This document shows, piece by piece, positions 9,752 through 16,995 of a DNA stretch of 64,000 nucleotides. The translations under genes were made by a program, and so were the position numbers. Each line of letters opens with the position of its first letter. The first letter of the stretch is position 1. The notes under the pieces are model-generated. The model saw only the letters and a list, made by a program, of their open reading frames with translations, did no database searches and was not told the DNA's origin. Source of the DNA: Candidatus Fermentibacteraceae bacterium (lineage in GTDB: Bacteria > Fermentibacterota > Fermentibacteria > Fermentibacterales > JCC-6); the NCBI GenBank assembly GCA_041686025.1, contig JAWLEP010000003.1:17744-81743 (forward strand). The letters run 5' to 3'.

Positions 9752-11032
9752 TCAGCCCCTGCGGTCGTCCGAACGTTTCCAGAACTGCAGGTCCGACTTT
9801 ATCTCGCCGCCCAGCTCTGCCCATCTGGACCAGGTCTCGGGCCTCTCCTGCTGCAGCTGGCGTACCCGCTCGCGAATGAACAGGTAGGCAACCACCAGAA
9901 GCAGTGCGGCGGCGAATACCTCCAGCCAGATGTAGAGCTTCTTGGGCTTGCTCTTCCAGCCGGGGTGCCTGGGGGGGTCAAGCATGCGGACGTTGGACTC
10001 GGTGCGGTTCTCTTCCACCATTGCCTGCTGGTAGTTCAGCGTGAGCATGCTGTGCATCTGCTGGGACATCTCCAGGTCGCTCTTGAACTTGATGTAGTCG
10101 AACTGGATCTCGGGCACCTCCCGTATGGAGACACCGCTGTAGAACTCCTCGTACCCGGGAGGAATGCGCCCCTCCTCCAGCATGCGGATGACCTGCAGAA
10201 GGGCGTCCGCCCGCAGCCCCAGCTCTCGCGAGGCGGTGGTGGGTCCTCCCAGGGCGGTCTCCATGGTCTGCGCCTGCGCCTCGGCCCGGAGGTAGTCGCT
10301 CTTCAGCTGGGCCAGGTTCTCGACAAAGGCCTGCAGCTCGGTCTCCAGGTCCACCAGACCGTGCTGCATCTCGAAGACCCTGAGGCTCTCGGCCGCGGCC
10401 ATCCTGATGCTGTCGGTGCGGGCCAGCTGCATCCCCAGGAACCTCCTGTCCGCAGCCGCCCTGCTGGTGTAGACGTCATCCAGTGTGCTGTCCAGCACCG
10501 CTACAACCCTCTCGGATATCAGCACGGAGTACATGGGATCGCTGGTGGTCATCTCGACCTCCAGGAATCCAGCCGGGGTGATATTGGCGGAGTAGTTCTG
10601 GCGGAACATCTTGCGGGCCCAGTACATACGCAGAATATCGTCGTCGGGGTAGGCCTCGGTGAGCTCGTTGCTGTCAGCGTAGGCCGTGGTCCTGATGACG
10701 TTCTCCACCAGGCTTCTGCTCTCGAGAATCTCCAGGTAGACGTCGGACAGAGTGGTCATAAGCGGCAGCGAGAAGCCCATGCCCCCGCTGAAGTACCCGG
10801 CGAACTCCGAGATCCCCAGGCCACCTATGCTGAGGCTGGGGCTGCTCCTCTCCTCCGGTGGCATGATCACCGTGGTTACCGTGAACTGCTCCTGCAGGAG
10901 ATAGGTGATGATCACCGTGGGAACCATTACCGCAAGCAGGGTCAGTATCAGGAACCATCGGTTCTTCAGCAGCACGTAGAGGTACCACGATGGCTTCCGC
11001 TCGGGGCGGATGCCGTCTCTCTCTGCGTCGGT
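9752..11032 (-). CDS. Polysaccharide chain-length determinant protein (Wzz/GumC family, no kinase domain)
   Basis: N-terminal TM (YLYVLLKNRWFLILTLLAVMVPTVIITYLL), a long periplasmic coiled-coil region, and a C-terminal TM (YIWLEVFAAALLLVVAYLFI). Start chosen at ATG 11032, 2 nt after the Wza stop, rather than 11104. Confidence 0.7.
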   Translation of the reverse strand, partial: TDAERDGIRPERKPSWYLYVLLKNRWFLILTLLAVMVPTVIITYLLQEQFTVTTVIMPPEERSSPSLSIGGLGISEFAGYFSGGMGFSLPLMTTLSDVYLEILESRSLVENVIRTTAYADSNELTEAYPDDDILRMYWARKMFRQNYSANITPAGFLEVEMTTSDPMYSVLISERVVAVLDSTLDDVYTSRAAADRRFLGMQLARTDSIRMAAAESLRVFEMQHGLVDLETELQAFVENLAQLKSDYLRAEAQAQTMETALGGPTTASRELGLRADALLQVIRMLEEGRIPPGYEEFYSGVSIREVPEIQFDYIKFKSDLEMSQQMHSMLTLNYQQAMVEENRTESNVRMLDPPRHPGWKSKPKKLYIWLEVFAAALLLVVAYLFIRERVRQLQQERPETWSRWAELGGEIKSDLQFWKRSDDRRG

Positions 11033-11034
11033 CA

Positions 11035-12243
11035 TCAGAATATGCTCTTCCACGCTATGACGACGCTGGCCACACCGGTGAGCACCGTAAGGTAGTCCTG
11101 CCACCAGACCAGCCCCGCCCTGGGCACCCGTATCACGGAGCCGGAGGGCACGCTTTGCAGCTCGTCTATGGAATATACCTCGCCGTCAGGTGTGACTATC
11201 TCGGTATCGTCCAGGTCGGCTTCGTCATCTATGCCTCCGGCGCTGGCTATGTAGTATCCGGCGTCCATTCCCGGCACGTATCCCTGGGGGCCCGGCATGA
11301 ACACATGCCCCGACACCATGACCGTCACCGACGCTCCGGGGCATATCAGCATGTCCCCCGGCATCAGCACCGGGTCCATCGAGTCGTCGTCCATGGGGGC
11401 GGGCAGCCTCAGCTCCCGCCTGCTGCTGTCCCGCCTCATGACGTAACATCGGGAGGGATGGGCCCATGGAGAAAGGCCCCCCGCCCTCTTCACAAGCTCA
11501 CTGGCCGTCTCATCCTCCCGGTAGGACAGGAACCCCCGGGTGCTGCCCTCCCAGCTGGTGTCGGCCTGGGCCAGGGGGGCTCCCGTCTGATAGATGTAGC
11601 GCAGGGAGACAGCCCCCTCCACGCCCACCTTGGGACCGGCGTAGGGCACGTTGATCACGTCCCCGGCGCCCAGCATGGGGTTTGCGCTCCATTCGCCGGT
11701 TTCCAGGTAGGCGGCCACGTCCACGTCAAGCGAGTCGCCCCCCCGCAGCAGGTAGACGCTGTCCCATGCGCCTCCATGGGATATCCCGCCCGCCAGCTGC
11801 AGAAGGTCCGAGACCCTGTCCGCGGCGGTTGAGGGATACAGTCCGGGCTTCACCACGTTGCCCGTCACCGACACCCGGAAGGTCCGCATTCGGGCAAGCC
11901 CCACCATCGGGGTGCCGCTGCGGAACCTCGCTTCGAAAGATCGCTCCACGAGGTCCACGGCCTCCGCGAGGGTCAGCCCCTCCAGGTCCACGGCTCCCAC
12001 CAGGGGGATCACCACGTAGCCGTCCGGAGTGACGGGGAGCTCCAGCCCCCCCTGAGACATCGAGTCGGACAGCTGCGTGGGCAGGCCGCCCTCTGCGGAC
12101 AGCCACAGGACATCGCCCGGCCCCACCTCGTAGCGCTCGGGGTCCACCGGGAATGTGAGCTCAGAGTTGGGGTATTGGTCACCCGGAAACTGGCCCAGCA
12201 GTGCGCCGAGCAGAAGCGTGCCTATCAGAGCTGCATTGGCCAA
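11035..12243 (-). CDS. Polysaccharide export protein (Wza/GumB-like, SLBB domains)
   Basis: Signal peptide MANAALIGTLLLGALLG. Poly_export/SLBB-type sequence (YEVGPGDVLWLS ... GDVINVPY ... GDMLICPG ... GSVIRVP). Confidence 0.75.
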   Translation of the reverse strand: MANAALIGTLLLGALLGQFPGDQYPNSELTFPVDPERYEVGPGDVLWLSAEGGLPTQLSDSMSQGGLELPVTPDGYVVIPLVGAVDLEGLTLAEAVDLVERSFEARFRSGTPMVGLARMRTFRVSVTGNVVKPGLYPSTAADRVSDLLQLAGGISHGGAWDSVYLLRGGDSLDVDVAAYLETGEWSANPMLGAGDVINVPYAGPKVGVEGAVSLRYIYQTGAPLAQADTSWEGSTRGFLSYREDETASELVKRAGGLSPWAHPSRCYVMRRDSSRRELRLPAPMDDDSMDPVLMPGDMLICPGASVTVMVSGHVFMPGPQGYVPGMDAGYYIASAGGIDDEADLDDTEIVTPDGEVYSIDELQSVPSGSVIRVPRAGLVWWQDYLTVLTGVASVVIAWKSIF

Positions 12244-12329
12244 GCGCCGACACCTCCAGGACGGTATGTCTGGGAGAACCGATCAGGCGGGAAGCCCGGC
12301 CTCCCGCCTGCCCGGCTACCATAATCCAA

Positions 12330-13271
12330 CTAAATCAGTGATGCAACCATAAGGGCCTTGATGGTGTGCTTGCGGTTCTCCGCCTCGTCCCAGACCACCG
12401 AGCTGGGGCCCTCGATCACGTCGAAGGTCACCTCGTTGCCCTTCACCGCCGGCAGGCAATGCATGAAGAGGACATCCGGGTTGCCGGTCTGATCCAGCAT
12501 ATCGGCGTCCACCCTGTAGGGCTCCAGCAGGGCGATCCGCTCCTTCATCTGCTCCTCCTCGCCCATGGAGGCCCAGACGTCGGTGTAGATCACGTTGGCG
12601 CCCTCCACCGCGGCCTCCCTGTCTGAGGTGATGCGGATCTCGGCGCCGGAGCGGTCCGCCAGTCCCCGGACCGTCTCCACCAGCTTGCCCTCCGGGTGGA
12701 GCTCATCCGGAGCCAGCACGGTGCAGTTCATGCCCATCAGCGCCGAACCGATCATCAGGCTGTTGGCCATGTTGTTGCGGCCGTCGCCGGCGTAGACGAA
12801 GTCCAGCCCGGCCACGTCGCCCAGGTTCTCCTCGATGGTCATCAGGTCCGCCAGCACCTGGGTGGGATGGTAGAGGTCTGTGAGGCCGTTGAAGACCGGC
12901 ACACCCGAGTACTCGGCCAGCTTCTCCACCGTTGCCTGCTGGAAGCCCCGGAACATGATGCAGTCGAACATCCGGCCCAGCACCCGGGCGGTGTCCTCTA
13001 TGCTCTCCTTGGCCCCCAGCTGTATGTCGGAGCTGGACAGGAACACCGGACAGCCGCCCTCCTCGCCGAAGGCGGTCTCGAAGGCGCAGCGGGTCCGGGT
13101 GGACCGCTTCTCGAAAAGCATCGCCAGGGTCCGGCCCCGGAAGCGCTGCTGGAACTGCCCCGCCAGCCTCTCCGCCTTGAGCATGTGCGACAGGTCAAGC
13201 AGGTAGCGTACGTCCTCCGCCTTTAGGTCCAGAAGGGTGAGCAGGCTTCTTCCCCTGAAGTTCTTCGCCAT
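12330..13271 (-). CDS. argF: Ornithine carbamoyltransferase
   Basis: STRTRCAFE carbamoyl-phosphate-binding motif, HCLPA motif (FMHCLPAVKGNEVT), 313 aa. Confidence 0.9.
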   Translation of the reverse strand: MAKNFRGRSLLTLLDLKAEDVRYLLDLSHMLKAERLAGQFQQRFRGRTLAMLFEKRSTRTRCAFETAFGEEGGCPVFLSSSDIQLGAKESIEDTARVLGRMFDCIMFRGFQQATVEKLAEYSGVPVFNGLTDLYHPTQVLADLMTIEENLGDVAGLDFVYAGDGRNNMANSLMIGSALMGMNCTVLAPDELHPEGKLVETVRGLADRSGAEIRITSDREAAVEGANVIYTDVWASMGEEEQMKERIALLEPYRVDADMLDQTGNPDVLFMHCLPAVKGNEVTFDVIEGPSSVVWDEAENRKHTIKALMVASLI

Positions 13272-13405
13272 GGTGATCCTCCCTGTGCAGGATGCCGCGG
13301 AAAAGGTGGGTGCGTTTTCATCCCGGGCAAGATAGCAGGTAAGCTCGTCCTGTCAATGCAGAAGGGGCGCGGCGGATGCCGCGCCCCATTGGTTCACATT
13401 TGCGT

Positions 13406-13987
13406 CTAGAAGATGTAGTAGGCTCCGGCCAGTATGTTCTCCGGAGCATAGGTGCGGTAGCCGCTGTAGGTCTCGTCGATGTCCTGTTCGCCGCCCTCCG
13501 TGGTGGTGGTAGCGCTGTAGTAGTGGATGCCGAACTCCGTGAACAGGGCAAAGCGCTCGGCCCCCGGAATCGCGAAGTCGATCCTCATCAGCGGTGAGAT
13601 GGAGTAGGCGCTGGTCTCCGGACCGTCTACACCGTCCGTCTCGGAAGAGGTCTTGGCGTAGATGATCTGCCCGCCGAAGCTGAACTCCGTGTTGGCGGGG
13701 TCTGCAACCAGGTAGTAGCCGGAGCCGCCGATTGCCCAGGTGCTCATGTCGTACTCATCCGTGCCGGGATCTTCCTCGTACGACAGCTTGTCGTAAGCCA
13801 GAAGGCCCTCCATGCGGAATGCAGGACTGACCATGGCGCCGAAGCGGAGCATCGGCATGCCCTCTGTATAGAGCGTGGCATCGGAGACGTAGTAGGGCAC
13901 AGGGCTTTGCTTGAAGCCCAGGGAGTAGCCTCCGAAGGCGGCACCTGCCAGGGCGAGAAGCGCGACGGCTGCAAAGATCCTCATCAT
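13406..13987 (-). CDS. Outer-membrane beta-barrel protein (OmpA/OmpW-like), predicted
   Basis: Signal peptide MMRIFAAVALLALAGAAFG. Alternating amphipathic beta-strand pattern and a C-terminal aromatic (…GAYYIF). Start moved to 13987. Confidence 0.5.
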   Translation of the reverse strand: MMRIFAAVALLALAGAAFGGYSLGFKQSPVPYYVSDATLYTEGMPMLRFGAMVSPAFRMEGLLAYDKLSYEEDPGTDEYDMSTWAIGGSGYYLVADPANTEFSFGGQIIYAKTSSETDGVDGPETSAYSISPLMRIDFAIPGAERFALFTEFGIHYYSATTTTEGGEQDIDETYSGYRTYAPENILAGAYYIF

Positions 13988-14136
13988 TCCTTCCCTCCTC
14001 AAGGTTGTGAGAATGATCTCGGGGATAGAATTAACCAAAGCTCACCATGCGTCAATGGGGCTAATGGGCGATGCGTGAATAATCCGTCACAGGGAGCGGT
14101 GGCGCCTCCCGCCGATACGACGGGAGGCGATGGGGG

Positions 14137-15231
14137 CTATTCGGTAGCGGTGAAGAGCCGCAGCCCGTTGATCTCCTGGTACTCGTAGCTGAAGGTGACT
14201 CCGCTTACCGAGGGGGCCTCGGGGTTGGCCTCGACCCCCTCCACCAGGAGCTTCACGTAGTTGCCCTGGGGGGTCTGGCCGAAGATCAGGCCGTCGGTGA
14301 CGGCGGCGATGGAGTCGGAGTAGGCCGCCGGGTCTTCGGGGGCCACTGCGGAAGAGCCCGTGCCGTCGGCCATGGGGCAGGCCGTTCCCTGGCCCACCGG
14401 CGGAGCGCTTCCCGAGAACAGGGCCGCCGGCTCCAGCGCGGACGTGTGGCAGTAGACGTGGTAGTTGCCGTCGGCGTAGTCGTAGCTCAGGCTGGGCACG
14501 CAGGGGTTGAGGTACATGCCCACCGGGTAGCCGTCGGGGACGTCCTCCTCCCACAGGGTATAGGAACCCTCGCTGAGGGCGGGCATGGTGGAGGCTTCCT
14601 GCGAGCGGGCCGACTGGCCCTCGGCGTCGTTGGTCCTCACGGCGTAGAGGCCGGCGGACTGCGCCGTGTGCGTGTACTCCGTTCCCTCCACGGCCTCGGC
14701 CACCGTGTTCCAGCTGCCGGAGCTGTCGGCGTCGAACTCCACATCGTAGGACTCCGCGTCGGGGACCGCGGTCCAGCGGACCGTCACGGACGTCCCGGAG
14801 GAGGAGCCGGCGTCTACCCACACACTGTCTGGAGCGGCGGTGGATGTGTGGCTCACCGTGAGGACGCCGTCGCTGTAGTCGGACTCCTCGTAGCCGCCCT
14901 CGCGTATCACGCCGCGCACCCAGTAGTCGCCGGCGGGAAAGGTGGCGCAGTCCCAGTTGAACCCCGTCTGCTCCACACCCAGCGACTCGGCGATGAGCAC
15001 CAGGCCGCTGGTGGGATCGAGGTCGGTGTCCACGTAGATGTTGACCCACGCGTCGGCCCAGCCCTCGGTGTCCAGCGTCCACTCCACGATGTAGCTCTCG
15101 TCGGCGGTGGCCCCTCCGGCCGGGGGGGCGGTGATGGTGATGTCCAGGTCGCTGCCGGTGCCGCCGCAGGATGCAAGGAGAAGGGAGACAGCTGCAACCG
15201 CCGGGGTTGCTATGGCCGGCACGGCCCTCAC
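14137..15231 (-). CDS. Lipoprotein with fibronectin type III-like domain; paralogue of the 16117..16983 gene
   Basis: Lipobox LLLASCGG. Fn3-like block VTVRWTAVPDAESYDVEFDADSSGSWNTVAEAVEGTEYTHTAQSAGLYAVRTND aligns with IVLTWTAEEDAEEYEVYFKTTSGGNWSAVETTSNTTFTHTNATSAGYYSVRAKD in the paralogue. Shared C-terminal …YEYQEINGLRLFTATE. A GTG start at 15231 forms a GTGA overlap with the upstream stop; the alternative ATG is at 15261. Confidence 0.5.
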   Translation of the reverse strand: MRAVPAIATPAVAAVSLLLASCGGTGSDLDITITAPPAGGATADESYIVEWTLDTEGWADAWVNIYVDTDLDPTSGLVLIAESLGVEQTGFNWDCATFPAGDYWVRGVIREGGYEESDYSDGVLTVSHTSTAAPDSVWVDAGSSSGTSVTVRWTAVPDAESYDVEFDADSSGSWNTVAEAVEGTEYTHTAQSAGLYAVRTNDAEGQSARSQEASTMPALSEGSYTLWEEDVPDGYPVGMYLNPCVPSLSYDYADGNYHVYCHTSALEPAALFSGSAPPVGQGTACPMADGTGSSAVAPEDPAAYSDSIAAVTDGLIFGQTPQGNYVKLLVEGVEANPEAPSVSGVTFSYEYQEINGLRLFTATE

Positions 15232-16028
15232 AGGCCCTGCTGCCTCAGCAGCTCGTTCCACATCATGGAGAAGGCCAGCTCGGCCTTGCCCCTACAGCAG
15301 GGGTCCTCCGCCACGGCCACCAGCCCTACCCTGGACCCGTCGGGCATCATGCCTATGGCGGCGATGGACTCGCCGTCCTCCTCGTACGCGGGCACCCCGT
15401 AGGCCACCACGCCCTCCAGGTTGCGCAGCACCTCGGGGCCGCGGGGGAAGCCGGAGTGAAGAGCCCTTCTTATACCGGGGTAGTCCAGACCCTCACCCAG
15501 GATCTCCACCATGCTCAGCATGTCGTCGATGCTGGAGGTGCTGGCCTCCACCTCCGGGGCCCCCGGGAAGTGCATGCGGAAGTCCGTGTAGTCCGTGTCG
15601 TCGAGGCTTCTCTCCGTCAGCCAGCTCTCGAACCGTTCGGCCCCTATGAAGTAGTGGAGGATGATTCCCGGGTCCGCCCGGCCCTTCATGTTCTCGGCGA
15701 GCAGGTAGGAGATCGTCTGGCCGCCTCCGGGAACGTCATCCAGAGCGATCTCGCCGCGACGGAGCAGGTCCACCGCGCAGGCTGCCAGCACCAGCTGCGG
15801 GTTGCCGAACTTCACGGGCCCGGTCTCTCCTGCGGTAAGCCTCTCGCCCGTTGCCAGGTCCACCATCCCCACCGCCATCTCGGCGCCCCCGATGTTCGCC
15901 GCATCGTTGACGGTGGACTCCATGCCGGAGAGGATGTCCGAGGAAACCGCCGTATCGGGCCCCTCGTCGAATATGGACCCCTGGCCAATGAGAGCGGCCG
16001 CTGCGATTGCCAGCAAAGCGATACTCAT
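15228..16028 (-). CDS. Secreted class-A beta-lactamase-fold protein lacking the catalytic SxxK (predicted non-catalytic)
   Basis: Signal peptide MSIALLAIAAAALIG. The segment ETGPVKFGNPQLVLAACAVDLLRRGEIAL aligns with TEM [27 protein letters not shown] but has NPQL where STFK belongs. The SDN position reads AEN. C-terminal MPDGSRVGLVAV aligns with GPDGKPSRIVVIY. Confidence 0.5.
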   Translation of the reverse strand: MSIALLAIAAAALIGQGSIFDEGPDTAVSSDILSGMESTVNDAANIGGAEMAVGMVDLATGERLTAGETGPVKFGNPQLVLAACAVDLLRRGEIALDDVPGGGQTISYLLAENMKGRADPGIILHYFIGAERFESWLTERSLDDTDYTDFRMHFPGAPEVEASTSSIDDMLSMVEILGEGLDYPGIRRALHSGFPRGPEVLRNLEGVVAYGVPAYEEDGESIAAIGMMPDGSRVGLVAVAEDPCCRGKAELAFSMMWNELLRQQGL

Positions 16029-16048
16029 CGTTCTCCCCTGTTCGCATC

Positions 16049-16082
16049 GGGCCCCGCCGGCCGCTGGCGGCCGGCGGGGCCC
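16049..16082. repeat. Perfect 16-bp GC-only inverted repeat (hairpin) in the intergenic region between the lipoprotein paralogue and the beta-lactamase-fold gene
   Basis: GGGCCCCGCCGGCCGC-tg-GCGGCCGGCGGGGCCC, exact complementarity. Lies 34 nt downstream of the 16117 stop and 20 nt upstream of the 16028 start on the minus strand. No U-tract follows. Confidence 0.5.
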
Positions 16083-16116
16083 TCCTGTGCGGGGATGCTA
16101 TCCCCCCGGACTGACG

Positions 16117-16983
16117 CTAGTTGCTCTTGGTGGTGAAGAGCTGTATGCCCTCGCGGTCCTGGATCTCGTAGTGGAGGTCCACCTCGGTGCCGTTGTCGCT
16201 GCCCGTGTAGGGCGAGACATCGTCCACGAAGACCTTGGCGAAGTAGTCGCCTTCCAGCTGCAGTATGAAGATGTCGCCGCTGGCCAGGTTGGAGGTGTAG
16301 GAGCCGATGTTGCTCTCGGGGTAGCCGTAGGTGCTTCCCGGGCTCCAGAAGACCGTGGTGTTTCCACCCTGTGCCGGGCTCATGTCGCCGGAGCGGAAGA
16401 GGACCTCGGTGTCGCCCTTGCCCTCTTCGTAGGCGTAGATGTCCTGGTTGAAGTCGGCGCTGTAGGCGGATCCCGTCTCGGCGCCCTCGAATCCGAAGAA
16501 GATGCCGCTGGGCAGATCCTCGGCGGCGTAGTTGTCGTAGATGGTGTAGCCGGTGGAGATCTCGATGGGCATGGTGTTCACCGCGGAGGCGTACTCCTCG
16601 GAGTAGTTGTCGCCGTCCTTGGCGCGTACCGAGTAGTAGCCGGCGCTGGTGGCGTTGGTGTGGGTGAAGGTGGTGTTGGAAGTTGTCTCAACCGCGCTCC
16701 AGTTGCCGCCGGAGGTGGTCTTGAAGTAGACCTCGTACTCCTCGGCATCCTCCTCGGCGGTCCAGGTGAGGACGATGTCACGGCCGTCGGAGGCGTCCCA
16801 GTCGATGGACAGGCCCGTTATCTGGGGCAGCGTGCCTCCGCCGCCGCCGGGGTCGTCGCCCTCGCAGCCGACCATTAGCACGACAGCGAGTGCCGTAAGC
16901 AGAATTGCGTACTTCTTCATGAATGCTCCTCTCTTCGATGTTGGTGTCACTTCGGACACATAGCAAGATAGCTCCACCCCCAT
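16117..16983 (-). CDS. Lipoprotein with fibronectin type III-like domain; paralogue of the 14137..15231 gene
   Basis: Lipobox MKKYAILLTALAVVLMVGC. Fn3-like block and C-terminus (…HYEIQDREGIQLFTTKSN) shared with the paralogue. Confidence 0.55.
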   Translation of the reverse strand: MGVELSCYVSEVTPTSKRGAFMKKYAILLTALAVVLMVGCEGDDPGGGGGTLPQITGLSIDWDASDGRDIVLTWTAEEDAEEYEVYFKTTSGGNWSAVETTSNTTFTHTNATSAGYYSVRAKDGDNYSEEYASAVNTMPIEISTGYTIYDNYAAEDLPSGIFFGFEGAETGSAYSADFNQDIYAYEEGKGDTEVLFRSGDMSPAQGGNTTVFWSPGSTYGYPESNIGSYTSNLASGDIFILQLEGDYFAKVFVDDVSPYTGSDNGTEVDLHYEIQDREGIQLFTTKSN

Positions 16984-16995
16984 ACCCTGTCAAAC

